Of a stretch of DNA of 64,000 bases, positions 1-13,175 are shown piece after piece (the first letter of the stretch is position 1; each line of letters starts with the position of its first letter). The notes below the pieces were generated by a model. It had not been told where the DNA came from. It saw nothing but the letters and a program-made list of their open reading frames with translations, and searched no databases. The position numbers and the translations under genes are program-made. Origin of the DNA: Ylistrum balloti (taxonomy: Eukaryota); contig NW_026782104.1 in assembly GCF_031769215.1 (NCBI RefSeq), positions 310,001 through 374,000 of the forward strand, read 5' to 3'.

Positions 1-778
1 TTAAACTAAAAATATCTGGAGTAGTCTCCCCCTAATGATCAATACTTGAGTACACATGAAAGTAAACACTGAGGCAATGTGATGCAATGGCGATGTTGAT
101 ACAGACGATGTTTATCAGTAAATTTCCTATCTGTACATACTTCGTGTCGTTAATACCGTTTACGGCCATGCTTACAAACATGCCTTGTCAATTCACGTCT
201 GTACGGTAAGTTTTATGAAGTTTTAAGGGAGAGATTGATGCCGATCGAATGTTTCAATTAGTGTTTACGATTTTCCGTTCTGTCACTTTCAGTACTGTCA
301 GCATGGTCGTGCCAATAAGTTAGTCATCAGTCCTAAAGTAGATTTTCATAGTCAATTTATAATTGATAGAATCAGGTAGATACAGTGTTTTCTTTACGAT
401 GCTATTACTTTCTAATTTATATGTAATCGAATGAAAAATTTAACACTGATTAACCATGACTTTGCTTTTTATTTGAAACGTTTTTATTTGTACAAATAGA
501 ATATTTAATAATATATATGGAGAACTCCAATAGAAGAACATAAAACAACGCCCTTTGTGGATGTTGTTGATTGAACAAGTACCCAATCATACACGCAACG
601 ACAATCGATCATTACCCGTTATATGTTGATATGTTTATTTACCCAGTCCTGGAGTGGCAGGCCTTTCTCATGCATGTGAGCATATCTTTGCAATCTTATC
701 TACATCAAGTTTTATTTTTTTTTGCATTTACATACATTTGATTTATTAAGATAACATAACATTAAATAACTTAAAACA

Positions 779-1724
779 CTAAATGCCATAGACTAAAAAA
801 AATCTCACACCAAATATCTTAATTAGCATACCTTCCATGATTACTGACACGCCCCCTTTCTTGGCTACTGATAACATTTGAACCGACTCCCACAGATGTC
901 GTGGTGGCGGAGACGAAAGACATTCAACAGTAATTTTATCAATGTCAAACGTCTCTAAATGGAATAGCCAAATATTTAGCTCATATTTAAATGTGAGTGA
1001 GAAATGTTGAGATTTTCTTCGTGTGGGACTATCCAAAGACAGTGTCACACGGGAGATGCTTTAGAGTGTGGAAAGGAGCCGGGAACCATTCGGTATGGCA
1101 CTGCGATCACACAGAGTGGGCATGGGATAGAAGATGTTTGTGTTACACATGCACGGACTGGCGTTATAGTAGTATACCCAGCACGTGAAACAATTTTTAC
1201 AAGGTGGCAATTAATATAGATTGAGAAAGGCATCGCGAGGGTGATAGATCATAAACCTCCGCCGTTAGGGACTTTGTGGTTCAGCCTCTATTTACACTTC
1301 TTCCCTCGGGAATTTTAAAAAAGTGATGGGAAACTTATTCCATTGATGAATTTCAAGTATATTGGGAATAAGGATAATGGGATTCGAGATCAGAAGAGTT
1401 GATATAGCATAGGAAATATCAAAATAAATTTAGTTGAATTCACATCTCAAATAGAGTTCAGGCGCGATTGTTTGTTCAGTTGCAATAAAAAATGGTTACA
1501 AACGAGTGTCCATAACTATGCGGAAGTTTGACTGCGCATGATCATAAAGGGGGAAGTAAAGTCAGCGTTTGGCAATTAGAAATAGATTCGTATAAATATC
1601 GATAATAAAGATGAATACAAACCAAGTGTGCTCGACCTACTTTATATTGCCATTTCTGTCGACCTTTATTGGCTTGAAGAGACGGCAAACAGGTGGAGCG
1701 TTGCCGCCTACTAAATATTTCCAC
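779..1724. pseudogene. Possible decayed coding remnant, unassigned (weak candidate: DIRS/Ngaro-type RT-RNase H relic)
   Basis: Several overlapping ORFs on both strands. The + frame of ORF 1004-1219 continues to about 1713 with about 6 internal stops. The minus-strand peptide FKYELNIWLFHLETFD (ORF 779-1048) loosely resembles the 'DL.WWL.FL..FNG' connection region of tyrosine-recombinase retrotransposons (recalled, not searched). No catalytic motif (YxDD, LPFG) found. Confidence 0.2.
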
Positions 1725-2953
1725 AAATATTGGCCTATTTAGTGATCTCGGAAAATATAAAACTCCAACACTAAAAGAACAAAGGACAGGAATGAGAGAA
1801 ATGGACAGATGTAGGAAGCAACTGCCGACGAAATGACCAGTTTAGTTTTCTTTTGAATGCATTTTTCCTCGAAGTTAATGAGCCCTGAAAATTGTTTTTT
1901 ATATTCGTCTTTGACTTGTGTCTATTCGTCTTTGAATTTCCTTTCTGCATGTGGGCGAAACTGTTCAGAAATATATTTTTTTCTTTGATATCGTTGTTAA
2001 TTCGACCCATGGGATTTGACAAGGAAGAACTAAAACGTTATCAATTAAAAATCTGAGATAAAAATTAAGCTTAATAACTTAGGTGGTCCTTACTAATTTA
2101 TGATTCGATGTTTAATCTGAAGAAATTGTGAATAATTACGAATGATTTATTTGATAGCTTTTTTATACCCCATTGCAATGTTATATTTTTTTCTTTTACA
2201 GATAATCACAGGAACATGGGGTCTACAGTTGATGATGGCATGCTATACATGTGCTTGATGAACCTACGACCTTGAATAGATAAGGCGTCAGTTATTTTTA
2301 CTCAAACAGCCACGCAACGTCTGACAACAAGGTCACACAACCAAAACCAATGACAATTTAGAGAGTTACTACATATGTTAAATTCGATAAAACCATCTAC
2401 TTGTGAGTTGTGTTAAAATATGATGGCAATTAAAGGGAATTAAAAAGACAACTGGACAAACAATCATATCTGTTGCTTTTTTTTTGCAACGGTTTAAATA
2501 GTGAAGTTAGTTATATCATACTGTGTGGTTGTAATACAGAAGAAAAAGTGTTTTATACTACATCAAACTATTCTCATAGTGTCATGACTTTACACAATAA
2601 AAATAAATATCATCTTATCCATGTCTCTGGTCTTTCAGGGCTTATGGTATCTTATCTACTGACATAATATCTTATACTATAGACATTTGCAATTAAAAGA
2701 AACATATCTATTTCGTGTGATCATACAGGTTCCTGTGATAGAGACAATTTTGATGTGGATTTAAACCGATTTACAAAGCTAATTTCCTGTGTTTCATGGT
2801 TTTGATTTTGAAATAAGAAGTTAAGATGAATAAATGTTTTTTGTAGCTTTCAATTTTGCTATATTTGCATAAATTCATCTGAGTTACAAATATCCACCCA
2901 GATAACTTTAAGGAACAAACAATGCTTATAGAATTAAGTGAATATACATTTAT

Positions 2954-3436
2954 AACAATGGTGAAATATACCGAAGCGTCAACTAACAATGGTGAAATAT
3001 ACCGAAGCGTCGACACACAGGGAAAGTATACCACAGCGTCGACACACAGTGAAAGTATAGCCCAGCGTCGACACACATAAAAATATACCGAAGCGTCGAC
3101 ACACAGTGACAGTATACCACAACGTCGACACAGTGAAAGTATATCACAGCATCGACACACAGTGAAAGTATATCACAGCGTCGACACACAGTGAAAGTAT
3201 ACCACAGCGTCGACACACAGTGAAAGTATACTACAGCGTCGACACACAGTGAAAGTATACCACAGCGTCGACACACAGTGAAATATATACCACAGCATCG
3301 ACACACAGTGAAAGTATATCACAGCATCGACACACAGTGAAAGTATATCACAGCGTCAACACACAGAGAGAGTATACCACAGCATCGACGCATATATGAA
3401 ATATACCACATTTACAACACACAGTAGATATATCAC
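2954..3436 (+). repeat. Minisatellite, 29-bp unit, about 16-17 copies (consensus GACACACAGTGAAAGTATACCACAGCGTC)
   Basis: Directly visible. The first two units are 31-bp variants (AACAATGGTGAAATATACCGAAGCGTC at 2954 and 2985), the central units are nearly identical, and the last units decay. Most units contain GTCGAC across the junction and GTATAC/GTATAT internally. Confidence 0.95.
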
Positions 3437-3525
3437 CTAATACCATAAGGATACAATGCCAGAGAATCAGCATCTTTCATACATAAATATACAACAGTAA
3501 CAAATATGGTAGTCATTAACAACTA

Positions 3526-3526
<1 letters not shown>

Positions 3527-3607
<81 letters not shown>
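3527..3607 (+). repeat. (AAC)27 perfect microsatellite
   Basis: 81 bp of uninterrupted AAC, counted directly. Confidence 0.98.
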
Positions 3608-3609
<2 letters not shown>

Positions 3610-6264
3610 ATCAACGTTTCATGTAAGGTGTACACTGAACAAATACACGTGCGATCAGAGTCTCCAACAGTAATTTTCATTTACAATGTACATGAGACAA
3701 TGTCAGTAAGCTATTTTATGACATTATCATATACATGTCTTTTGTTTTGTAATAATTCAATTTAGATCATATTTCTAATTGGACGAGATTAAGACGATCT
3801 TTCGGTCATGCTGATAGGATACAGATTGCTTTCACCAATAAAAAAAGCCCTGTTGTTGGTCTGTTAATTCCATCTAAATAGAACATTGGTAACGGTTGTA
3901 GCTCTATTAAAACTAGATATTGTTTATGTTTGTTTAACCATGTTTATTTACATTAAATCTCCTGATAACCCCCAACTTAAAAACTCCAGCACGGAGTAGG
4001 CACCTGTTATTTACATCTCATCACGTGTACTTGAAACACATGTACTGAAGCACGTGTTTTATCGTCATTAAATGTCGGTGTATAATCGAGGGACCTGACA
4101 CACTGTTCGAATCACAAGCAACTCCTTAATGATGCGAGTATCTGTCCTAACACACCGTAAAGTAATATACTTCTGAGACCTCTAGGCTTTTTGATGAATT
4201 CATATAAAGATTCTTTGGGTTGAAATTGCTGAGAACTTCTATTACAGTTATTACAATTCAAACCACATAAAGGTTACAGAGCGTTGGACTCATGAGAAAG
4301 TGTTGTGCGCCTCGGCTCCAGGCCGAGTTGGGGTGGGGAGTTCTCACAGGGAATCCCCAGACCTGCTGACAATCAGCTGTTTGGATGTAAATGAATTCCT
4401 ACACTTGCTTGCGCTACCTGCCAGCCGAGGCTCTGCCAATAATAAGGAAACACACCAAGGCTTAAGTAGAATGTTAAGAAGAAGGTGGGGAAGGGGTTTT
4501 GTAGAGTCATGAGTTTTATAGGGGCCATAGATTATTCAATTAGGCACCCGTCAGGAAAGATGGTGAGAACAATTATATACATAGTAATAATCATGTGAAA
4601 AACTGGAGTTAGCCCAGCCGCACAAAGAACTCTATAGCCATAGGCACAGCGAATATTTTCACAAGGATTTTTTGAAAATAATAAGGAATTATTTTTATGA
4701 CGTTCACGTTTGTTTCTGTTCTTATCCATCAAAATGTCCGTCATTCTATTACTAGAGACTCACCTCCTCATGTTTTGTAGACTGGAGTTTCTAGTTAAAT
4801 AGAAATTGTTCTCACACCACACATTTGTAGTAAATAAAAAGAATTTCTTTGCGGGAAGTGACATATAAAAATGTGTGAATATAATCAGTTAGACTCCCGT
4901 TATTAACAGGTGTCCTTGATAGATAATACAACACTGAAAACATTTTCCATAGCAACATCAAGATCTCCTATCCTTTTCGTCATGTTATTGAACATAAATC
5001 GATATAAATTTGGCAAAAAGACGTGAATACCAGGAGATGGCAATAGTTAACATTGACTTCAAATAATTCACCATCTTTGAAGCAGTTGAATGTTCCAAAC
5101 ATCAAAAGCTGAATATGATAATCATTAATGAGATAATTGAACACTGGGTAATTTTTTTTCAAAATATGATTTCTCACAGGAAACGTATTTTAGGGCGTCG
5201 TTTAATGAATCAAGCTCCTGAAGTTTAATAACTTTAAACATTTAGCGACGCTTTCCATATGGTCTACCATGCTCGTTTACTGTAAGTTAAGTAAACTTTA
5301 ATTATTAACACATCATGTTTCTTTACAGACGAATTAAAATGAATTGCTACAATATACATGTATATTTTTATTCCTAAAACGTATATAATCGTTGTACATT
5401 TATATGTAGATGGTACGATGTATATATATATATATTTATGTATATTACATTAATAACAATTACAACAACAGAATACGCTCTTTGCCATATTGCTTATTGA
5501 TATATTCAGTTATTGATACGCAAGGTTATAAATAGCGCACTGACGAAGATGTCAAGGTCACGCTGGCAGTGATCACGTTGATAAAACAATCCAATATTTC
5601 AAACTTTATCAACAAAGTGAGGATTCCTGGGTATCTACACAAGTAGGCAGTTCACATCTACATAGTGATTCACGGCATCACATATTTCACGTAAAACACT
5701 CCGAGGATATATGTGTGGGGATTTTTCTGATTAAATCACGAAACTTTTTCTCATGACAAATACATGTACCTGTAAAATCAAGGAATATTATTTAGTTTAC
5801 TGGAATGTGGATGATAATTGGATAAAAAGTGATACCATTACTGGAGGGACTTGCGCCAAACAGGTAATTCATATTGTCAACGTTATCACAATTATGTAAC
5901 AACATAAGACAAAAAATATCTGAAAAGGGTTTTCTTATTTCTTACTGCTAGCTTTTATCATAAAAACACAGTACTAAAGAGCAAGTGAGATTAATGGATG
6001 AAATAAACGTATATGAAGCTATTTACTACAAGTCTACTGCAATCACAAATACAATGATGACATTTTTACTCTAACGCTGACAAATATTGCATATAGTTAC
6101 TCATGTGAACACAAGTTTGCGATTTAGAAATGAGATAGTTTAAACATGCATTTTAACATGCATTCATTATTGTAATGTTATATGCCTGTAGTCGGAGAAA
6201 ATGTCCTGTAACCTCCTCCAACTCCCCATACCACCCCTCCCCTTCACAAAAACAAAAAAACTTC

Positions 6265-6294
6265 GCATTGTGTGGCGTGAAGCACGCGCAATGC
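6265..6294. other. GC-rich hairpin
   Basis: GCATTGT-gtg-GCGTG-aag-CACGC-GCAATGC: two stacked stems (7 bp with one G-T, and 5 bp) with a 3-nt bulge and a 3-nt loop. Confidence 0.5.
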
Positions 6295-6919
6295 CATTTG
6301 TGAGGTTCCAATATCAGAAGTCTCGCATTTTGACGGGTATAGAACCAGCTTTATTGTTTGAACTTGGTTTCATATAGCCGAACAGTCATTGTTTGTAAAC
6401 GGCACGTCACGCACGTGCAGGGGTACGCCATCACTAACTTTGCCTCGTTCTGACAAGCTGTATGTCTTTCACTGAGACATAAGTCACACATACTTTATGT
6501 CTCAGTGCGGTCCAGTCGTCATAAAGCTTCGGAGGTACGTGTTACTTTCAGCAGCCGAACTTTCGGAGGAGTGTTAAAGAAATAATTAATACGAAATAAA
6601 CGTTTCAGAGGTCATTATTAGCCCCATATCATACGCTTGTTAAAGGTTTTCTATCAATACAGATGGGATGTTTGGACATTGTACACCCGGCTAGTCCCCC
6701 GACAGAACGATGTTATCGCGAGCCCGGGCCGGTCAGCCAGGTCTAATGGCTGTCGTGTGGTGGGGGCAACCGGGCCTGATCAAAGACCCTGTGACTGTGG
6801 TGTGACTTCGGACTAAACATCACTGGACTCTAATGAATCGTCACCATCGCGAGCCGGAGCAGAAGAGGACATTCATTGCTCATTCACTGTATGTAATAAC
6901 AGCCCCTACCGCCCAGTTA

Positions 6920-6986
6920 TTGCGGAGGGTGGGTTGAGTTACACAGTCCGGACATCGAGTCTGCAACGCTCTATACCCTCGACCAC
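6920..6986 (-). mobile_element. Degenerate tRNA-like head, possible SINE 5' end
   Basis: Minus strand reads GTGGTCGAGGGTATAGAGCGTTGCAGACTCG...GTGTAACTCAACCCACC, with an A-box-like TGGTCGAGGG and a very degenerate B-box region. No intact cloverleaf. Confidence 0.25.
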
Positions 6987-9900
6987 AAAAGCTAATATAT
7001 AAACATTTTATATACGTCTGATGGCCTACCCCAACAGGCGATCAAATGACGAGGGGATTGTTATGATACACTATAAATTCTAATATACAGGACCATCTAT
7101 CATAAAACCTTTGTATTAAATGGCGAGTGAGAAAGGCATTTAGAGTCATAGTCAACCCGATTGAAAAAAGAGTGAAAATAGGCAAAAGAAACATAGACTG
7201 ACAATGGCTAATGATTTATACCTGGGGCTGACAGGTGTTTTAGCCGTGTGTCGTCGCTCGGGCTGGTTCAAACTCCATTCAGAACGTGGAAAATGATCTG
7301 GACAATTACCACAGCATCATCTATCTTATTTACCTTTACCTGGAATGTCTCTCACAATCAATTAATTACTACAAGTTTACATTAAAATGTTCTACAGATT
7401 CCAACCGTAATGGATAACACTAAACACCACGCCCTTATAATTTAATTTGGAGTATCAACTCCTTTTACCAATAGACTACAGTACATAATTGTTACGAACG
7501 TCTCTTCGCAATGACCTGTTACATATCTGCGGTCAGTAGTAAGACCTCTGTCTACACTTATGTGGTCGGTAACGTAATTCGATTTCAAAAGTCATCAATT
7601 TCCCATTTCTTACTATCGGTGAGCTTGTCCTACAATAAAACTAACATATTACTTCACCTGATTTTTTTCCGTTTTTTTTTATTCAGAAAAAAAAAAATAA
7701 ATTTGGAGACAGTTTCAAATCTTTTGAGGCTTTTCAATGTGTATGCACTCCCACTATGTACTGTACCGACCCAACATAATAGCTGATGATTGTTTAACAA
7801 TATAATGTTTCCTTATTTCCTTGTAACTAAATGCCTGTATATATTCATAAGTCAGACACATTTCATTTTATCCCCGAAATAAAACATGTTGGTTTTAATC
7901 AATCTAGCATGCACATATCATGCTATATATATTTAAGCTTGCTATGATGTAATGGTCTGGATAGCTTTGTTGATGGTGTGTTTTATCTCCGTATTATGTA
8001 AGTGTATTATGTAACGATCTATAGTTCATTATGCCGTTTATGAAGTCAACAAAATGTCGCCGTTCTCTATAAAACCTGTTCCTTAAACTTTCTGTTAAAA
8101 ACTTAACGTATTTGTGTTAAAATAATAAAAATAAGCTCACGATGTGCTGTGATAACTCCTTCACGTTTATTTGTTTTCGCATCCTTGTGGTGTACATGTC
8201 TTTCCTTGATGTCTTTTTGGTATTCAAGTGGAAACTTTCCTTGTGGTGTTTAAATTTTCCCAGTGTTCCAATAGGATGGAAATTTAAAATAGGCATATGT
8301 TAAAAGGTAATGATGAATATGAAGTATAGATTTCATGAATTTAAAACGGCGTTTAGATGAACATATTTTTGCAACGATAGAAAAAAAAATCTGTAGGTGA
8401 ATGTTTCAACGTACAAAATGGCCATTATTACTTCATATACACAACGTTTCACAGCGGTGCATAAAGGGCAAATGCAACTGTGTTACAAATAAGCGGATAC
8501 AGTATAAATATTTTGAGTCCATATTAGCCAATCAAAACCGACATAACATATGAAATCGAAATACAAACATTTAAGCTTAAATAAATGTTTACATTGATGT
8601 AAAAGTAACCATAACGTTTAAGAAACAATGTGTCAAAAAATGTAGTTAGTTATGGAAAAAAATGACCTAAAGAGATCTATCTTTATATGGTATTATTGGC
8701 CTGAAAATAAAAACTCGTTGCAATTTTTTTTGTGTTTATGATGTCATGCAACATTGTCGTACCTAAGCTTTTCTCCATTACTGTCTTACAAAATGATGAT
8801 TAAAATAGCAATTAAAATTATCTATTCATAAGATAAAAAATGTAAATCGTGTAAAGTTACCATGGTTCTTTGTAAAATATAAGATATAATCGAGAAATGG
8901 GCGTTATAAAAACACGGGTTGTTACATCTATCGTACTGTAAAGATGTCTGGTGTCTTTGTTTGCAAATTGCAAATAGATATCGGGTGTTGACTTCTAGAC
9001 TCACCTATGTAATGGAATTTTAAACATTAGTATAATACGTTGAATGTATGAATGCGGAATGAGTATGTAATTAGAACTGAACCATTAGTATAATTAACAC
9101 ACGTAAGGATATTCCTACTCAAGAGCGACTATAATCAATTGCAATTATGCATATGTTTTCCTTTTAGTGCTACATGCATGTAGAAAAATGCACATAATTT
9201 AGAAGTTTTCATATCGCCATATTCGGTCATCGATCGTGCGAGTCCGTAAAGTGATATACCGTATTAGGTGTTACTGTTGTATATGTACGGTGCCTATGAA
9301 ATGATGTTTATTGTCAACAATCTTACGCTTTACCAAATCTGTATGCCTGTATTGTATACATTAATGTACCTAATATGAACTTCAGTGTCTGCGTCTTTCT
9401 TCTCATACAAAAGTACGGTATCAATTAGGAGTAATTTAAACACGAATTTCTAGGAGACACAGCTGTAAGAATAAGAAGGAAAGAAGGGAGATAAAGATTG
9501 TACAGAGCACAATGGAGGAATAAGAAAAAATGTTTGTACAAACAAATGAATATGACCTACCGATGCAAATTTAGAAACTGATGCAGTAGAACCGAATGAT
9601 GATTGTTACCGTCACATACAGCTATTTCATGTTTTTTTTTAACTCGTCGTTGAAGCTCAGGACCACAATTGTTGAATTCTTTGGGGCAAACGAGGAATAT
9701 CCAAATGTAGGTCTCTTTAACGCCTTCTTTGTAGAGTGATACATGAACAAGTGATTCTGCCTGATATCATCTATAAGTCATCTCTCATGACATTAGATGA
9801 AATACTCCATGTCTGTTTTTCGCAAACTGGCATGGGATTCTAGTTTTGAGCAGACAATGCTAATGACCTTGTGTTTCTGTTTGGTTTTGGCGTTTGCTTA

Positions 9901-11022
9901 GATCATGCATATGTTGATGTTAAGTGTGCTTTTGTGTTTTAATCATTGAAGTATATAAAGGTAGAAACGCACTAGGTATCTGATCAATGTTAGCTACCAT
10001 ATATACATCATACGTTATTCTGCCTGCATTGATGAGACTAGAGACACACATTATGAAACTGTACTCAACTTGCTTGGCTTCCGAGCTCTATTTACGTAAC
10101 AATGGGTGTCATGCTCATGATGTATAGTAATGGTTCGACCTTTTGTACATGCAACGCCTCCTTCAGAAACGTACTCACATAAAAATGCCTTTTTGACAAA
10201 TAATTTGGGTTGAAATGTTAATGCTATGGATGTAATACGTGTAGTTCCTATATTCAACATGAGAAATGGAGACATTCTTATTCACGTTGTCAGGGATCTC
10301 ATTATTGTAATTACATTCAGGAAAAAGCTCGTAGTAAACCATACAACATTTCATCATCGAAAATTAAATAAGAATGCTACTTGTTATTTTTGGAATATGA
10401 TTATATATTCACGTATAATACATTTAAGGTATCGCGTGCCCAGTATGGACGTAGATCAGCGTGCCTGATACAGGGGTTTTATGTTAAATCTAAGATACGG
10501 TTGAGTGACTTCAAGTTCTCCTATAGAATATCAAACTATTAACTCGGAACATGTAAATAAACGGGCACATCTTTTGTTCGAGACTAGAAATAAATCAACA
10601 AGGGAGGTAATTAAGGGGACATAACTTTCAACGACGGACTTCATAAAACATGTGGTCTGTTGGTGACACACACGTGTTAACAACTGTGTAAATGGCATGT
10701 GTATTTGCATGATGCATGCGTATATGATGTGCACATATATGGGAGTCACATGTTTTGTATTAATTGCATGTACATGCATAAATTACCTAGCTGTAAGTTT
10801 TTAAAGATACAAATTTCGCATGGTCAATGGTATTTCAGTGCATCAACACATCTCAGAGATAAAAATATAATACTTACGATGGTTGTTTTTTTTTTTTTAA
10901 TTTTTTAAGTGTACTACTACCAACTAAGAAGAATAAATGGCATCAACATATGAGGATATTAGCAAAACCAGTTTCTTATATTTACTCGTTTTTTCTATAG
11001 GAAATTTGATTTTCAAAGCTAA

Positions 11023-11219
11023 GATACCGCACCTTCCCGTCTAGATTTTGACCTTTACTTTCGATTACTTTGGATTTTACTCTGTCGCCTCCTAGGCTTC
11101 AACATTTAGGCCCTTAGCATCACTGACGAGTCCTAAAAGGATGAAACAAATGTAGGCTGCAGTTTAGTTCATTGTATCTAACTCTAAATTTGTATTCACT
11201 TTTGTGTCTTTTGTACAAT
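11023..11219 (+). mobile_element. Penelope-like element pLTR relic, copy A (HHR-bearing)
   Basis: Shares GCACCT..C..CTAGA.T.TGAC with the copies at 13254 and 63208. Has an identical 24-mer TGTATCTAACTCTAAATTTGTATT at 11173 and 63363, and an identical 16-mer GTGTCTTTTGTACAAT at 11204 and 13564. Contains an HHR motif. The PLE assignment is inferred from the HHR type. Confidence 0.7.
11117..11160 (+). ncRNA. Minimal type I hammerhead ribozyme motif (degenerate), copy A
   Basis: GCATCA-CTGACGA(11123)-GTCCT-AAA-AGGAT-GAAA(11143)-CAAATG-TA-GGCTGC. The core CUGACGA/GAAA is intact, stem II closes with a G-U wobble and the cleavage triplet is GUA. Stem I (4 of 6 pairs) and the stem III palindrome are eroded. 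Confidence 0.75.
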
Positions 11220-13175
11220 TCTGTTTTATTTATAATGTGGATCTGCATCATTTAAACATTCCGTTTATTTTACCATTGTCTTCGCCGAATGATTTAGATC
11301 AGTAGAACTGTTCTGCAAAGAGGCCTAATTATATATTGTTCGTTATTTAAGGTATCAGCTCTTTGTCTTCTGCTTCAAAGATAATGCTTTTTAATCTTCA
11401 AATAATATTGGAATCAATATTTCAATGTGGAGGACAGTAAAATCATAAGAACAGTGACATTTGACGGAAGACGTGTATCTTGATATTAAACAATGATATT
11501 GTTTATCGTATGTCTAATACAGGATATCGGTTTACAGCTCCCAAGCAGGATGACATGATTATGATATCAAATCAAAGATGTAAATCGTTGTTGCACGGAA
11601 CAACATCAACAAGTTAAAGTACTTTGTAGATACTTTTATTAATGATTACGAAGTGTTGGGGAACAAACTGTGATTAAAACCACCTAAGAAGATTAAGTAC
11701 ACTCTCGGAAACATCTTAAAAAACGCCATCCAAAAGTAAAACATCAAAATGTTGTATTTTAAACATAGAGAAAGGAAATATTTAATATCTGATCACGTCG
11801 CATGTCTTGATCGGCCAGTTTTAATCTTATCATTATTTCACGGTGCCCCACAAGGCACTAGTTTGCTCCCAACGAAACAACAATGTAATGTCATATTTGA
11901 AATTACTTCCCTTTTTGAAAAACATTCAAATTATTTTTCTCTAAAAACCTTTAGCTGTCCTAATATTCGAATTAAATACTTTATCGTCATGAAATCGTTT
12001 GTAATACCGAGAAAGTAACACATATTTAAATTATAATTTCAAGTAAAATGAAATGTTATTTGATATTAACGCGAAATTTGGACAGACAACGCTAAATTTA
12101 TTTCAATATAGGTTTTTATATACAGATGAATTCTTGATTCTGCATACTTAACATTTCTTCAATATATTCCCGATTGAACAGTTCTTTTTAGATATGTGAA
12201 ATATTCAGTTAAATTACACAGCTCAGAGTGAAAGGTAAACAGTGATGATGTCGATTGTAAAGGCTGAAGATGATGTATTCCCGTCAATACACAAGTAAGC
12301 TGCTGGACCGTATAACGACCCCTGTGAGCATTATGGCACTTGATTGGTTATGCTATTGTGGAAAACATTCGATTTCTTAAGAAGTCTATAGACCGGACAT
12401 ATGCATTAAAAGTCCCCATATTGGTGTTAAATGTTTAGAAGCATTGTTTGCTGTGTAACGGTAAAACCGACAAAAATTAATATTTTAAACCTACCATGAT
12501 ATCATCCAGACAATGAATTTTTCATTTAGGCTGCTGACTTGTTCAACAGAAGAGAAATCAATTCCCAGAACTGATAAAACGTTACATCTATGTGTACGTA
12601 TATCATTAATTTTTCATCGAGCTAATTGTAAAACCTCATAAAATATTTTATGGACTAACGCACAGTTAGTGATCACATTTATAGGCGATGTTTGTCCTTA
12701 AATCAGTTAATAAAATAAACATTATCATTTCCCTGCAGTTACACCATCAACAATTGGACAGACATGCTGGTTTAACGCAGAAACATAAGAATATATACCA
12801 TTACAAGTCATGGATCACTTTAACATACGCAGACTGTGTTTATGACGTGTGTACCCATCTCAGGATACTGTCTACTACTAGCAATTATGTAATGTAAAGA
12901 GGAATATTTGTTAAATAAAGTATTTGTCCTTGTTGCTTAAAAAGCGTAATTTAGCAAAAAATAGATCATAGGGCTTAACTAAATTATCAGGATAAAACTA
13001 AACGATTAATTTTCATTAGCTTTTCTGTTTTGTTGGCAGAAATATGAAAGAAATCTTTCTGAATTTCTTATTTGTAATTTCTAATTCAGGTTGTAGACAC
13101 TGCTGCTGAACTACTTATCCATGAGATTCAACATAATCTGCATACCTTGTTTTATTCATTTGAATAGTGGCATAG

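Noticed and set aside
2771-3306. Cys-rich minus-strand ORFs of 129 and 107 aa
   Set aside because: They are simply translations of the 29-bp minisatellite.
3012-3370. CACAGTG/CACAGCG RSS-heptamer-like motifs in each repeat unit
   Set aside because: No nonamer at 12/23 spacing and no RAG/Transib ORF; an incidental part of the repeat unit.
2954-3436. CRISPR-like appearance of the 29-bp repeats
   Set aside because: The units abut with no unique spacers, there are no cas genes, and the context is eukaryotic.
6700-6830. Possible HDV-like ribozyme
   Set aside because: No P3-L3 (TCCTCG/TTCACG-type) element and no consistent nested pseudoknot could be built.
11400-11640. Faint resemblance to TRIM/NHL beta-propeller fragments (NVEDSKIIRTVTFDG)
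   Set aside because: Short, broken by stops and frameshifts, and indistinguishable from chance.
12242-12330. DDVDCKG SRCR-like peptide, and a C/D-box snoRNA-like motif
   Set aside because: The SRCR reading needs frameshifts and lacks the other cysteines; there is no terminal D box or stem for a snoRNA.
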